From Candidatus Caccoplasma intestinavium (GTDB lineage: Bacteria > Bacteroidota > Bacteroidia > Bacteroidales > UBA11471), in contig DVKT01000032.1 in assembly GCA_018715885.1 (NCBI GenBank), positions 14,307-78,306 of the forward strand: a stretch of DNA of 64,000 nucleotides, in the 5' to 3' direction. A model generated the notes under the pieces. That model was not told the origin of the DNA, searched no databases, and saw only the letters and a program-made list of their open reading frames with translations. This document shows positions 1-11,287 of this stretch, one piece after another. Both the position numbers and the translations under genes were made by a program. Positions within the stretch are counted from its first letter, which is position 1. Each line of letters starts with the position of its first letter.

Positions 1-1
1 G

Positions 2-1288
2 TTTGTTCAACAGTTGCCGGTTACCGGACGCTGGTGGTTGAGCCTCGACGATTCCCTGCTCGATTCTTTGATAACTGTCTCTTTTGTCAACAGCCCCGAT
101 TTGAAAACTGTTTTTTACCGGGTACGGGCTTCCCACGCAGCTTTGCGTATGAAACAGAGTGGATACTATCCATCGCTCGGAGCTTCGTTCGGTTGGAATA
201 AAACCCAGACCAGCGGTCGCGTATCGGACTCCTATACCCCGACGCGAGAACAATATTTTTCGGGAGCCTTGACAACCTCATGGGAAATAGACCTTTTCGG
301 TTCTACCTATCTTCGGGTTCGGTCGCAAAAGGCTCAATATCAGGTGTCGATAGAGTCGTATAATGCTGCATTGGTATCTTTGGCAGCGCAGGTATCTTCG
401 GCCTATGCCCAGTTGCGAATGTTTCAGCAACAGGTAATTGTCGCTCGTCGTAATATCGATTCGCAGAAATCGATTCTGGATATGACCGAAGTCCGTTATG
501 AAACCGGATTGGCTTCTCAACTCGATGTGGCTCAGGCGCGGTCGGTCTATTACAGCACACTGGCCACGATACCGTCTTTGGAAGCCAGTGTTGTGGTGCA
601 AATCAATTTGTTGGCGCTATTGGTGGGAACACACCCGCAGGCGTTGATGTCTGTATTGGAAAAGGAACGCCCTATTCCCGATTATCGGACGATCGTCCCT
701 GTCGGCGTCCCAGCCAATTTGTTACGCCAACGGCCCGATATCCGGGCGGCCGAGCAATCTGTCGTTTCAGCTGCCGCGCTGGTCGGAGCTTCCCGTTCCG
801 ATTATATGCCCCATCTGGTGTTGACGGGTTCTATCGGGTTTGAGTCGAAAAAAATGGACACTTTCTTCGATCATCGCAGCCTTACTTATTCGATTGTACC
901 CACTCTTAGCTGGACGCTTTTTCAGGGGCGACAATATACGCAGGCTACCCGTCAGGCCAAAGCCGAGTGGCGTGCGAGTATCGAACAATATAACTTGGCG
1001 GTGCTTACGGCTGTTCAGGAGGTCGACAATGCAATGGTCAATTACAAAGGGGCTGTCAAGCAGTTGAACGTCCTTTATGATTTGGTCGAACAAGGTAAAA
1101 TCACATTGAATCTTTCTCTCGATCTATACAAGCGGGGACTTTCGACTTTTCAGAATGTGCTTGATGCGCAGCGTTCGTTATTGGATTATCAAAACGGACT
1201 TGTTTCGGCGCAAGGTGCCGCTCTATCGGCGGTAATAGACCTTTATCGGGCTTTGGGAGGCGGTTGGGATAATGGTTCCTCGGAATAA
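2..1288 (+). CDS. RND efflux outer membrane channel (TolC/NodT family), 5'-truncated by the window
   Basis: Frame is open from position 2. Motifs WEIDLFG, LLRQRPDIRAAE and LYRALGGGW; directly upstream of the MFP and RND permease genes. Confidence 0.93.
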   Translation, partial: FVQQLPVTGRWWLSLDDSLLDSLITVSFVNSPDLKTVFYRVRASHAALRMKQSGYYPSLGASFGWNKTQTSGRVSDSYTPTREQYFSGALTTSWEIDLFGSTYLRVRSQKAQYQVSIESYNAALVSLAAQVSSAYAQLRMFQQQVIVARRNIDSQKSILDMTEVRYETGLASQLDVAQARSVYYSTLATIPSLEASVVVQINLLALLVGTHPQALMSVLEKERPIPDYRTIVPVGVPANLLRQRPDIRAAEQSVVSAAALVGASRSDYMPHLVLTGSIGFESKKMDTFFDHRSLTYSIVPTLSWTLFQGRQYTQATRQAKAEWRASIEQYNLAVLTAVQEVDNAMVNYKGAVKQLNVLYDLVEQGKITLNLSLDLYKRGLSTFQNVLDAQRSLLDYQNGLVSAQGAALSAVIDLYRALGGGWDNGSSE

Positions 1289-1298
1289 TTAATGCTAA

Positions 1299-2429
1299 AT
1301 GAAAATATGGGTTATGACATCTCGAAATTTGTTTATTTGTTTTTTGGTAGCGGGTTTTATACTGCAAGCCTGTCGGGAGAAACCATCGGCTGTTTCCGAA
1401 GAGGCTCCGCTTATAACGGTTGCTTATCCGCAGCAGCGTTCTGTTACTTTATACAAGGAGTATCCCGGTTATATATCGGCGTGGAATGCCGTCGATGTCG
1501 TGGCGAGGGTGTCGGGATATTTACGGGAAAGCCGTCCCGAGGCCGGTACTTTGGTGAAGCAGGGCGAATTGCTCTATGTGATAGAACCTACTTTATATGA
1601 AAATGCCGTAAAACAGGCCGAAGCCGGTGTGCTCAATGCACGGGCTACACTCGATTATGCCCGCAACAACTATACCCGTATGAAAGAAGCCCGGAGCAGT
1701 AATGCCGTAAGTGAAATCGATTTGATTCAGGCCCGGTCGAACATGCAAATAGCCGAGGCTGCATTGGCTAATGCCGAGGCTGCATTGAATACGGCACAGA
1801 CCAATTTGAGTTATTGTTATGTACGGTCGCCCTACACGGGGCATATCTCTCTTACGGCTTATGCCGTAGGCGGGTATATATCGGGGGCTACTTCTCCGGC
1901 GCGTTTATCGACCGTATATCAGGACTCGGCCGTGTATGCCTATTTTTCTATCGAAGATGCCCAATACCTTACCATCGTGGAAAATCTGCGTAAAATGAAA
2001 CCTTCGGCTGCCGACCGGAAGGTCGAGGTTTACACGCGGGAAAATTCCGCTCCTTATTCCGGAACGGTGGGATACCTGTCTCCGAATATCAATCTTTCTA
2101 CCGGTACGATTACCTTGCGGGCTTCTATCGAAAATCCCCGGGGAGAATTGAAAGACGGGCTATATGTAACGGTGCGTATCAAATCGGCGTATAAAGAAAA
2201 TGCTTTGCTTGTTCCGAGCCTATCTGTCGGAACCGACCAACTCGGCAAATATCTGTATGTCGTAGGGGCTGACAACAAGGTGAATTATCGTCATATCGAA
2301 ACATCTGGTACGGTCGAAGATACACTCACTATCGTAGAGAGCGGATTACAACCGGGAGAACGCTATGTAAGCAAAGCCTTGCTGAAAGTCAGGGACGGCA
2401 TGATTGTGAACCCGAGGCTCGAACCGTAA
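1299..2429 (+). CDS. RND efflux periplasmic adaptor (MFP, AcrA family), probable lipoprotein
   Basis: Lipobox-like ILQAC, ARVSGYL and VKQGELLYVIEP lipoyl half-motifs, alpha-hairpin, VRSPYTG. Confidence 0.93.
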   Translation: MKIWVMTSRNLFICFLVAGFILQACREKPSAVSEEAPLITVAYPQQRSVTLYKEYPGYISAWNAVDVVARVSGYLRESRPEAGTLVKQGELLYVIEPTLYENAVKQAEAGVLNARATLDYARNNYTRMKEARSSNAVSEIDLIQARSNMQIAEAALANAEAALNTAQTNLSYCYVRSPYTGHISLTAYAVGGYISGATSPARLSTVYQDSAVYAYFSIEDAQYLTIVENLRKMKPSAADRKVEVYTRENSAPYSGTVGYLSPNINLSTGTITLRASIENPRGELKDGLYVTVRIKSAYKENALLVPSLSVGTDQLGKYLYVVGADNKVNYRHIETSGTVEDTLTIVESGLQPGERYVSKALLKVRDGMIVNPRLEP

Positions 2430-2447
2430 CTATAAAATCAAGAAATT

Positions 2448-5400
2448 ATGTTCTCTAAATTTTTTATAAACCGGCCTATTTTTGCAACGGTCTTGGCCAT
2501 ACTCATGGTTTTGGCCGGCGTTGTTTCACTCGAAGTGTTGCCGGTCGCTCAGTTTCCCGATATTACGCCGCCTACCGTGCAGGTATCGGCTGTATATCCC
2601 GGTGCGAGTGCCGAGACAGTGGCTCGCACGGTAGGTACAGTGATAGAAGAGCAGGTGAACGGCGTAGACGGCATGATATATATGAGCTCTACCTCGTCGT
2701 CTTCGGGTGCGTATACGCTTACCGTTACTTTCGAGGTGGGAACCGATATCGATATGGCGACGGTATTGGTACAGAACAGGGTCGCTATTGCCGAAGGAAA
2801 TTTGCCCGAGGCTGTGGTAACACAGGGAATCACGACACGTAAGCAATCGACCGATATTGTATTGCTGCTTTCGTTGGAGTCCGACTCTGCTTTGTATAGC
2901 GGATTGTATCTCTCCAATTATGCGCAGCTCAATTTTACCGATGCATTGTCCCGCTTACCCGGTGTCGGTAGTGTAACGGTTTTCGGTGCGGGACGTTATA
3001 GTATGAGAGTGTGGCTCGACCCGGAGTTGATGCGCATTCGAGGGGTAACGCCAACGGATGTTTTTTCGGCGATACAAGCTCAAAACGTTGAGGTGTCGGC
3101 CGGGACGATAGGAAGTGAACCGCTCGATAGTCGTACCGATTTTCAGTTTACGCTTACTGCGCGGGGACTTCTGACGACAGTTGAGGATTTTGGAAATCTG
3201 GTGGTAAGAGTTTTGCCGGGTGGAAATTATTTACGTTTGCGGGATATTGCCCGAATCGACCTCGGCAGCCAGACGTATGATGTCGTTTCTACACAAAACG
3301 GTAAGCCGTCGGCATCGATAGCTGTTTACCAGTCTCCCGGTTCGAATGCATTGAGTGTTTCGAAGCAAGTTCGGGCCGAAATGGAAAAGCTCGCCGAGAA
3401 TTTGCCAACGGGTGTTCGATATGAAGTGGTTCTCGATACGACCGATTTTGTATCGGCTTCGATCGATGAGGTATTGGTAACATTTGTCGAGACGACATTG
3501 CTTGTCATACTGGTGATTTTATTATTCTTACAGAATTGGCGGGCGGTGATTATCCCGTCTCTTACCATTCCGGTGTCGCTGATTTGTACTTTTGCCGTCA
3601 TGCATTTGTTCGGATTTTCTGTAAATATGCTGACTCTTTTCGGCTTGGTGTTGGCTATTGCCATTGTTGTCGATGATGCTATTGTCGTGGTCGAAAATTC
3701 GACACGTTTACTCGATACGGGAAAGTATTCGTCGAGGGAGGCGGTCGAACAAGCTATGGGCGAGATCACAGGGCCGGTTGTAGGGGTTGTCTTGGTATTG
3801 ATGGCTGTTTTTATACCTACGGCGTTTGTCGGTGGTATTACTGGGGAGTTGTATAAGCAGTTTGCCTTGACCATTGCCGCCGCGACTTTTTTCAGCGGAT
3901 TCAATTCGCTGACGCTGACACCGGCTCTTTGTGCTCTTTTTTTACGACCCTCTTCCGGGAAAAAATTCATATTTTACCGGAATTTCAATAAAGGGTATGA
4001 CCGGCTTGTATCGGTTTATGTGTCGGTGATAACCCGGTCGATACGACGTCCTATATTTACAACTGTGGTATTTCTTTTGCTTTCGACGGCTGCCATTGTT
4101 CTTTTTTTACGTTGGCCTACCTCTTTTATTCCCGACGAAGATCAGGGGTATTTTATTGTTTCGGTGCAGCTTCCGCAGGCTTCGGGGTTACAGCGTACCG
4201 AAGAGGTTACTGCCCGTGTCGGCAAGTTATTGGGTGAATATCCCGAAGTAGTTTCTTGTACCGGTATCAACGGATACTCGGTGATGGAAGGGGGTGAGCT
4301 CTCCAATGCGGCCACACTTTTTGTTGTTTTACAGAATTGGGAACTTCGTAAGGGAAAAGGGAAAAGCGCGTTCGACATCATCGACGATTTCAATGTGCGT
4401 GCGCAAAAAATCGAAGAAGCTGTTGTATATGCCGTGAATCCTCCGTCGATTTCGGGGCTGGGAGTAAGCGGCGGATTGGCTTTGGAATTGCAGGATATTC
4501 GGAATCTGGGAACAACCGAACTCGAAAATGCGGTCGATGCCTTGTTGATGGGGGTGCGGGACATTCCCGAGTTGGCTACGGTGAACAGTTCTTTTCAGGG
4601 AAATTCTCCCCAATACTTTTTGAACGTAGATAGAGATAAAGCAAAAATGCAAGGGTTGAAAATCGATGATATTTTTACGACACTCTCGCTCTATTTAGGC
4701 TCAGCCTATGTGAATGATTTCGTCGATTTCGGTCGTATCTTTCAAGTAAAAATCGGAGCGCAATCCGATAGTCGGGCACGTATCGACGATGTACTTCGGT
4801 TGAGTGTGCGTAATGCCTCGGGAGATATGGTTCCGTTCTCATCGTTTGTTACGATCGAAGAACAACAGGGGCTGGCTACGATTTCCCGCTATAATATGTA
4901 TTCGGCGGCTGCCCTTACTGCCGTAACGGCCGAGGGGTATAGTTCTCAGCAGGGGATCGATGCGGTCGAACAACTTGTGGGGCGTTTATTGGGAAATAAT
5001 TTCGGTTATGAGTGGACGGGGACGACTTATCAGGAAACGCAGGCCGGAACATCGGTAAGCCTTATTTTTATATTGGCTCTGTTTGTCGTCTGGCTGGTAC
5101 TATCTGCTCAATATGAGAGTTGGACAAGTCCGATAGCTGTTATTCTCGGACTTCCGTTTGCTATTCTCGGTGCGGTATTGGGTTGTTTTCTTATGGGACT
5201 TTCTATCAGTGTGTATAGTCAGGTGGGTATTGTGTTGCTCATTGCCCTTTCTGCCAAAAATGCCATTCTTATTGTGGAATTCGCCCGGGATTATAGGGCG
5301 CAAGGAGAACCCGTAGATCAAGCTGCAATCGAGGCCGGCCGGGTGCGTTTGCGTCCGATTCTTATGACTTCATTGGCATTTGTGTTGGGTGTGATGCCTT

Positions 5401-5597
5401 TGCTTTTCGCTTCGGGTGCAGGGGCGGAAAGTCGGATTGCATTGGGTACAGCAGTCGTTTTCGGTATGGCAGTAAATATGATTTTGGGGACATTGTTTAT
5501 CCCTCATTTTTATTGTCTGATGCAACGTCTTGAAGAGCGTTTTACCCGGAATAAACTTTCGCAATCCATGTCTCCGAAAAAGGGTACGGCGGTATAG
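2448..5597 (+). CDS. RND efflux permease (HAE1/AcrB family)
   Basis: 1049 aa. [13 protein letters not shown] start, proton-relay [23 protein letters not shown] and RLRPILMTS motifs. Confidence 0.97.
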   Translation: MFSKFFINRPIFATVLAILMVLAGVVSLEVLPVAQFPDITPPTVQVSAVYPGASAETVARTVGTVIEEQVNGVDGMIYMSSTSSSSGAYTLTVTFEVGTDIDMATVLVQNRVAIAEGNLPEAVVTQGITTRKQSTDIVLLLSLESDSALYSGLYLSNYAQLNFTDALSRLPGVGSVTVFGAGRYSMRVWLDPELMRIRGVTPTDVFSAIQAQNVEVSAGTIGSEPLDSRTDFQFTLTARGLLTTVEDFGNLVVRVLPGGNYLRLRDIARIDLGSQTYDVVSTQNGKPSASIAVYQSPGSNALSVSKQVRAEMEKLAENLPTGVRYEVVLDTTDFVSASIDEVLVTFVETTLLVILVILLFLQNWRAVIIPSLTIPVSLICTFAVMHLFGFSVNMLTLFGLVLAIAIVVDDAIVVVENSTRLLDTGKYSSREAVEQAMGEITGPVVGVVLVLMAVFIPTAFVGGITGELYKQFALTIAAATFFSGFNSLTLTPALCALFLRPSSGKKFIFYRNFNKGYDRLVSVYVSVITRSIRRPIFTTVVFLLLSTAAIVLFLRWPTSFIPDEDQGYFIVSVQLPQASGLQRTEEVTARVGKLLGEYPEVVSCTGINGYSVMEGGELSNAATLFVVLQNWELRKGKGKSAFDIIDDFNVRAQKIEEAVVYAVNPPSISGLGVSGGLALELQDIRNLGTTELENAVDALLMGVRDIPELATVNSSFQGNSPQYFLNVDRDKAKMQGLKIDDIFTTLSLYLGSAYVNDFVDFGRIFQVKIGAQSDSRARIDDVLRLSVRNASGDMVPFSSFVTIEEQQGLATISRYNMYSAAALTAVTAEGYSSQQGIDAVEQLVGRLLGNNFGYEWTGTTYQETQAGTSVSLIFILALFVVWLVLSAQYESWTSPIAVILGLPFAILGAVLGCFLMGLSISVYSQVGIVLLIALSAKNAILIVEFARDYRAQGEPVDQAAIEAGRVRLRPILMTSLAFVLGVMPLLFASGAGAESRIALGTAVVFGMAVNMILGTLFIPHFYCLMQRLEERFTRNKLSQSMSPKKGTAV

Positions 5598-5612
5598 AAG
5601 TGGCGATTCATG

Positions 5613-5655
5613 ATTCATCGATAACGGGTAAAATTTTAATCCGCTATCGATGAAT
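5613..5655. terminator. Imperfect hairpin between convergent genes, probable bidirectional terminator
   Basis: attcatcgataacgg ... ccgctatcgatgaat. Confidence 0.6.
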
Positions 5656-5663
5656 GTATTAGG

Positions 5664-6425
5664 TTAAAAATCAACACCTAAGCGTAGAGAAAGGGCATGG
5701 CGGAGGAGTCTATGGTGATAGACTCCGGTATAAATGAAGAAATTGTCGTTATAATATATATCCTTTTTCACGATTTGTTGTTGCAGATTGTATCCGAATG
5801 CTATGTTCATGGCGGATTGGCGGTTGAGTATAAAACGCACACCGAATGTCGGATTGAAATAAGCTCCGGTGCTGACTTTATTGTATGCATTTTTACTGCC
5901 AATCGAATACCCTGCTTTTATACCCCAAAAAGGAGTGATATTTGTGTCTGAAAAGTTCGTGCGTAAATCGACGAATAGGGGAATAAATAGATGTTTTCCT
6001 GCCGCATGGTAATCAAGACCGAAGCCCGTACCCAGAAATATGTAAGGATTGAATTGATAGCCATGCGAAGTGGTTATAGAAAAAGCTCCTTTGTCAATAG
6101 GAATGCCGCTAGCCTTGAAATTAACAATGGTCCCGACCTCTACCGATCCTCGGTATCCTTTCACATCGGTCCGTATGCGATTACTCTTTTCCGACTCCCG
6201 ATTTATCGCCTCTTCTTTGGTTATCTTTTCCACTTCATTCATCGGGTAGATAAAGATACTGCCATCGGCCGTTTTTACTTTCAATAAAACATTGGGTTGC
6301 TGTTCGACGATTGTACCGCGTATCACGCTGCCGTTTTTGAGACAGATCACCTCTTGGTAATCCTGGGCCAATAAAGAAAAAACAGAAATGAATGACAACA
6401 GTCCTGTAACGAATAAACTTTTCAT
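5664..6425 (-). CDS. Outer membrane beta-barrel protein with N-terminal LKNGS-type domain
   Basis: Likely start MKSLFVTG (signal peptide) at 6425, just downstream of a TATCTTTG element at 6453-6460. Amphipathic beta strands and a C-terminal ...LRLGVDF. Confidence 0.75.
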   Translation of the reverse strand: MKSLFVTGLLSFISVFSLLAQDYQEVICLKNGSVIRGTIVEQQPNVLLKVKTADGSIFIYPMNEVEKITKEEAINRESEKSNRIRTDVKGYRGSVEVGTIVNFKASGIPIDKGAFSITTSHGYQFNPYIFLGTGFGLDYHAAGKHLFIPLFVDLRTNFSDTNITPFWGIKAGYSIGSKNAYNKVSTGAYFNPTFGVRFILNRQSAMNIAFGYNLQQQIVKKDIYYNDNFFIYTGVYHHRLLRHALSLRLGVDF

Positions 6426-6608
6426 CTTGTTTATATTGAAAACATAATATTGCAAAGATATAATATTATTTGATATAAAAAACAATAAGAAAATAATTTA
6501 TCAAAAAACATACTTTTGGATGTAGATCGGGATTTGATATAATATCTGTTATGCAGAGTGTCGTATATGCCATTCTGCGAGAAGTAAAGAAGATGTTGTG
6601 GTGTTATT

Positions 6609-6647
6609 AAGAAAAGAAAGCGGCTGCCCGCTATGGGACAGCCGCTT
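6609..6647 (-). terminator. Intrinsic terminator of the DPP III gene
   Basis: aagcggctgccc/gggacagccgctt stem followed by a T-rich tract on the minus strand. Confidence 0.75.
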
Positions 6648-6667
6648 AAATTCGGATTGTGCCGTTA

Positions 6668-8713
6668 TCAATTATAGGAAGGCAGCGGTGAGTAGTCGCG
6701 TGAGTAGCGAAGCATTTGCTCGGCATATCCTTCATCATAGGATACAGTGATATCCGTTATTTCGCCTTTCTCATCGAATACCGGAGTATATACGGGATTG
6801 ACAAAGCCTTTATAAGGCTTGATACCCAAATGGGCATATCGGTCGAGTACTTCGGCATGCAGTTCGGGGTCGACTTTTACACCGTAAGTTTCGACGAGCT
6901 TTTTCCCGGCTTCGTAATCTCCGGTCGATTTGATACGTTGTACTTCGGCGAGCAGTTCCCCTATAAGCGTACGCATTTTCTCATAATCGTTGACGATGAC
7001 ATAAGTTTTTCCGTCGCGTTTTCTCAGTTCGAGTACTTTATCATCTGCTCCTTTTTCCAAAATCCAGCGGGCGATGAGCTGACGGTTGCGCATGTGCGAT
7101 TCCTCGATGTTTTTCCCCGGTGCGATGCGGGTAAGTTGGGTCATCAATCCGTTCATCATATATCGGTAATATTCGGCTTTGTATGCTTCTGCATCGGGAA
7201 CAAGTCCTAACTCGATAAGTTTTTTGTCGGCCAAAAAATAGAGGGCAAAAAGGTCGGCGCGGGTCTCTTCGAGCGTAGAGCTGTATGACCGCATGGCATC
7301 GGGATCAGTATCCGGCAACAGTTTTCCCGAACCGTGTCCGAGACACTCGTGTAGGTCGGTATGGAGGTTATCGACGAGGAAACCGTATTTTTCGACCGAT
7401 TTCCGTTCGGTGTCGCTCCACATGAATTCTTGGTTGAATCCGTTTCCTTGTGCGGCTTTGTCATAGGCCGAAGTGATATTTTCGATAGTTACCGATTTGG
7501 AACCGTGCACATGGCGTATCCAGTCGGCATTGGGCAGATTGATACCGATGGGGGTCGAGGGATAGCAATCGCCGGCGAGAATGGCAGCCGTGATGACTTT
7601 GGCCGATACGCCTTTGACCTCTTCTTTCTTGAATGCGGTATCGGTGGGGGAGTTGTTTTCGAACCACTGGGCATTGGCGCTGATGATTTCGGTGCGGTGG
7701 GAGGCGTCGAGGTCTTTGAAGTTTACGATCGATTCCCAACTGCCTTTCAATCCGATAGGGTCGCCATACACTTCTATGAATCCGTTTACAAAGTCGATAC
7801 GGGAATCGAGGTCGGTTACCCATTGTATCGAGTATTCGTCAAATGTCTTTAAGTCGCCTGTACGATAGTATTCGATAAGCAGGTCGATGACTTGGCGTTG
7901 TTTTTCGTTTTCTGCTACCGCCGAGGCTTTTTCGAGCCAATAAATGATTTTTTCGATAGCGGCTCCGTAATGTCCGCCCAATCGGTTTACTTCTTCATAA
8001 ATTTTCCCTTCACGTTTTACCAGACGGCTGTTCAAACCGTAAGAAACCGGCATGGTGTCGCCGGGTGTTTTCAAGGCGGCATAGAATGTCTCTGCTTCGT
8101 TTTGCGTTACACCGTCGTAATAGTTGCTGGCCGAGGTGGCGATAAGGTCTTCACCGGCAGTAAGATTTACCCGTTTGGACAGAGTATCGGGGTCGAAAAT
8201 AACCGGGCAGATGTTTGCGAGTAATTGTTCGATGTTTCCGTTCTTTTGCAACGGCAGAATTTCTGATGGTAACGAACGTACGGCTTCTTCGAAAAACGTT
8301 TGACTGAATTCGGGCGTGAATTTATCAGTCGAGTAGTGATGATGGATTCCGTTGGCAAACCATACTTGTTTCAAATATTTTTCGAGTGCTTTGAAGTCGC
8401 TACTTTCTTTATCGCCTTTATATTGCGTGTATACGGCTTCGAGCGTGTGGCGTATGGGCAGATTCCATTTTCCGTTTTGATCGAAAAGAATGTCCCTTCC
8501 TTGCAAGGCAGCTTCGGTGAGATAATAAACGAGTTCTTTTTGTCGGAGGGAAAGACTTTCGAATCCCGGTACCCGATACCGAAGTATTTCCAAGTCGGCA
8601 AACTGTTCTACCGAGTAACTGAAATCTTCGGTTTGCGACTGGGTATTTTTTTTGTCGGCACAAGCCGAAAGAAGAGATGCAGTAACCATAACGAAGATAA
8701 ATTTTTTCATCAT
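6668..8713 (-). CDS. Dipeptidyl peptidase III (M49 family), lipoprotein
   Basis: HECLGH hexapeptide zinc motif, EETRAD motif, LLSAC lipobox. Confidence 0.93.
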   Translation of the reverse strand: MMKKFIFVMVTASLLSACADKKNTQSQTEDFSYSVEQFADLEILRYRVPGFESLSLRQKELVYYLTEAALQGRDILFDQNGKWNLPIRHTLEAVYTQYKGDKESSDFKALEKYLKQVWFANGIHHHYSTDKFTPEFSQTFFEEAVRSLPSEILPLQKNGNIEQLLANICPVIFDPDTLSKRVNLTAGEDLIATSASNYYDGVTQNEAETFYAALKTPGDTMPVSYGLNSRLVKREGKIYEEVNRLGGHYGAAIEKIIYWLEKASAVAENEKQRQVIDLLIEYYRTGDLKTFDEYSIQWVTDLDSRIDFVNGFIEVYGDPIGLKGSWESIVNFKDLDASHRTEIISANAQWFENNSPTDTAFKKEEVKGVSAKVITAAILAGDCYPSTPIGINLPNADWIRHVHGSKSVTIENITSAYDKAAQGNGFNQEFMWSDTERKSVEKYGFLVDNLHTDLHECLGHGSGKLLPDTDPDAMRSYSSTLEETRADLFALYFLADKKLIELGLVPDAEAYKAEYYRYMMNGLMTQLTRIAPGKNIEESHMRNRQLIARWILEKGADDKVLELRKRDGKTYVIVNDYEKMRTLIGELLAEVQRIKSTGDYEAGKKLVETYGVKVDPELHAEVLDRYAHLGIKPYKGFVNPVYTPVFDEKGEITDITVSYDEGYAEQMLRYSRDYSPLPSYN

Positions 8714-8743
8714 TGTTGTTTTATATGGGGAAAAGAGTGTCGA

Positions 8744-9928
8744 TTATTCAACATAAAGAACCAGCCCTTTGAGATACTCCCCCTCGGGATGGTAAATGTT
8801 TACGGGGTGATCGGCCGGCTGCGTCAGTTGGTGCAGGATACGGACTTTCCGCCGGGCTTGCGCCGCAGCACTGAATACGGCCAGACGGAAATCGTTTTTA
8901 CTCACAACCTGTGAACAAGAGAACGTAAAGAGCAATCCTCCGGATTGGATTTTTTCAAAAGCCAAGGCGTTGAGTTTTCTGTAACCTTGCAGTGCATTGT
9001 GCAGTACGTTTTTGTGTTTGGCAAAAGCGGGAGGATCGAGGACAATGAGGTTGTAACGATCTCCCATTTGTTCGAGAAATTTGAAAGCATCTTCGGCGAA
9101 TGCTTTGTGCCGCGTATCACCCGGGAAGTTGAGTTCTACATTTTTATTGGTGAGGTCGATGGCTTTCGACGAACTGTCGACCGAATGTACCAGCTTTGCT
9201 CCGCCTCGCATGGCGACGAAAGAAAATCCCCCGGTATAGCAAAACATATTCAGAACCGTACGGTCGTGGGCATAACGTTCGAGCAAAGCGCGGTTTTCCC
9301 TTTGGTCGACGAAAAATCCGGTTTTTTGCCCTTTCAGCCAGTCAACGTAAAATTTCAGACCCCGTTCGGTTGCGATGTTTCCGCAATCGTCGCCGATGAG
9401 GTATTCATTGGTAGGGTCGAGCTGGGCTTTATAGGGGAGGGTCGTTTCCGACTTGTAGAATACGCTTTTCAACGATTCTCCCATGACTTCTTGCAGAGCC
9501 TGTGCCAAAAGGTGTCGGGCGTAGTGCATACCCGGCGAATGTGCCTGCATGACGGCTGTTTTATCGTAGATGTCGATAATGAGTCCCGGCAGGTAATCGC
9601 CTTCTCCGTGCACGAGCCGGTAGGTGTTGTTGTAGCCTTCTTCGATGAGTCCTACGCTGTAACGTACGTCATAGGCGGCGCGCAGACGGGTTTTATAGAA
9701 TTCGAGGTCGATATTTTCTTTCTCAAAAGTCAGAATTCTTACCGTGATGCTGCCTATTTGGTAATGTCCGAGGGCGATAAACTCGCCTCGGTTGTTGCAG
9801 ACCTCTACAATATCTCCCTCTTCGGGTTGTCCCGTCATGCTCTGTATGGCGCCGGAGAAAACCCACGGGTGAAATCGGCGCAACGATTCGTCCTTGCCGG
9901 GTTTTAGTTTTATCTGTATATATTTCAT
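8744..9928 (-). CDS. rlmI: 23S rRNA m5C1962-type SAM-dependent methyltransferase (RlmI family)
   Basis: PUA N-terminus (RFHPWVFSGAI), GQKTGFFVDQRENR, VLDPPAF, HPEGEYLKGL. Confidence 0.88.
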   Translation of the reverse strand: MKYIQIKLKPGKDESLRRFHPWVFSGAIQSMTGQPEEGDIVEVCNNRGEFIALGHYQIGSITVRILTFEKENIDLEFYKTRLRAAYDVRYSVGLIEEGYNNTYRLVHGEGDYLPGLIIDIYDKTAVMQAHSPGMHYARHLLAQALQEVMGESLKSVFYKSETTLPYKAQLDPTNEYLIGDDCGNIATERGLKFYVDWLKGQKTGFFVDQRENRALLERYAHDRTVLNMFCYTGGFSFVAMRGGAKLVHSVDSSSKAIDLTNKNVELNFPGDTRHKAFAEDAFKFLEQMGDRYNLIVLDPPAFAKHKNVLHNALQGYRKLNALAFEKIQSGGLLFTFSCSQVVSKNDFRLAVFSAAAQARRKVRILHQLTQPADHPVNIYHPEGEYLKGLVLYVE

Positions 9929-9937
9929 GAGAGTATC

Positions 9938-11257
9938 TTAAAAGAAGAATCTTATCACGTCATTGAGATTGGCGTAAATCAACAAGGCAAACAGCAGTAC
10001 CATACCGGTGATTTGCGCATATTCCATGAATTTTTCGTTCGGTTTGCGGCGGGCGATGACTTCGTAAAGAAGGAAAAGGACATGACCTCCGTCGAGAGCC
10101 GGAATGGGTAGTATATTCATGAATGCGAGTATGATAGAAAGGAATGCTGTCATTTCCCAGAAAGCTTCCCAATTCCATATCGAAGGGAAAATGCTGCCGA
10201 TTGTTCCGAATCCGCCTAAACTGTTGGCACCTTCTTTGGTAAACACATATTTAAAGTCTCCTACATATCCGGCAAGCGTATTGAAACCTTTTTTGATGCC
10301 TTTGGGTATTGATTCGAAAAATCCGTAATATATGGTTTCAGTGGGGTAGAATGTCGAGGCGGGAACGAGTGTGATACCTATTTGCCCTTCGGTATTGACG
10401 GCGACGGGGAGTTCCATTTCTCTGCCTTTGCGGATAAAAGATATTTCGGCCGAAGCTCCCTTATGGGCCCCAAGTGCGGCGGTGAAATCGGTATAATCGG
10501 GCGTAGCCGCGCCGTTTACGGCGACGATGCTGTCTCCAGCTTGCATTCCGGCATCGGCAGCACCATATCCTGCGACGGCACTTTGTACGACAACCGGCAT
10601 ACGGCAGCTGGCAAAACGTTGGTTGGCTCCGATGAGTTGCAGCATGAGGTCGTCGGGCAAGTTCAGTTTTACCACTTCATTGTTGCGCAGTACTTCTACT
10701 TCACGGGCTTCGGCGAGGGCGCGGATAGTTTCACCCGAGAAGTCGTAAAGCGTTTTGCCGTCGGCTGTTAAGGGCACATCACCGTTTTGGAATCCGGCGT
10801 TTTTTGCCACTTCGCTGTAAACGAGTCCGTTTCCGATATTTTTTATGGGAAGTATCGTATCACCCCATACAAAGGCTATCATGGCGTAAATAACGAGGGC
10901 AAGCAAGAAATTGTTGATGACTCCCGCAGTCATGATGAGCAGTCGTTGCCAGGCCGGTTTGGAACGGAACTCCCAGGGTTTTTCGGGTTGAGCCATTTGT
11001 TCTTTATCCATAGACTCATCTATCATTCCGGCAATTTTTACGTATCCACCCAGAGGCAGCCAACCTATACCGTATTCGGTATCGCTGTTTTTGGGTTTGT
11101 ATTTAAACAAGGAGAACCAGGGATCGAAGAAGAGATAAAATTTTTCAACCCGGACTTTGAACAGACGGGCAAAAAAGAAATGTCCCAATTCGTGTATAAA
11201 TACGAGAATCGAGAGACTGAGCATAAGTTGGGCGGCTTTTATCAGAAAAGTTTCCAT
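9938..11257 (-). CDS. rseP: RIP metalloprotease RseP (M50 family with PDZ)
   Basis: HELGH, LPLGGYVKI and NILPIPALDGGH motifs; follows dxr. Confidence 0.95.
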   Translation of the reverse strand: METFLIKAAQLMLSLSILVFIHELGHFFFARLFKVRVEKFYLFFDPWFSLFKYKPKNSDTEYGIGWLPLGGYVKIAGMIDESMDKEQMAQPEKPWEFRSKPAWQRLLIMTAGVINNFLLALVIYAMIAFVWGDTILPIKNIGNGLVYSEVAKNAGFQNGDVPLTADGKTLYDFSGETIRALAEAREVEVLRNNEVVKLNLPDDLMLQLIGANQRFASCRMPVVVQSAVAGYGAADAGMQAGDSIVAVNGAATPDYTDFTAALGAHKGASAEISFIRKGREMELPVAVNTEGQIGITLVPASTFYPTETIYYGFFESIPKGIKKGFNTLAGYVGDFKYVFTKEGANSLGGFGTIGSIFPSIWNWEAFWEMTAFLSIILAFMNILPIPALDGGHVLFLLYEVIARRKPNEKFMEYAQITGMVLLFALLIYANLNDVIRFFF

Positions 11258-11287
11258 AAGTCGGCTTGTGTAATAGTTTTTATAGGG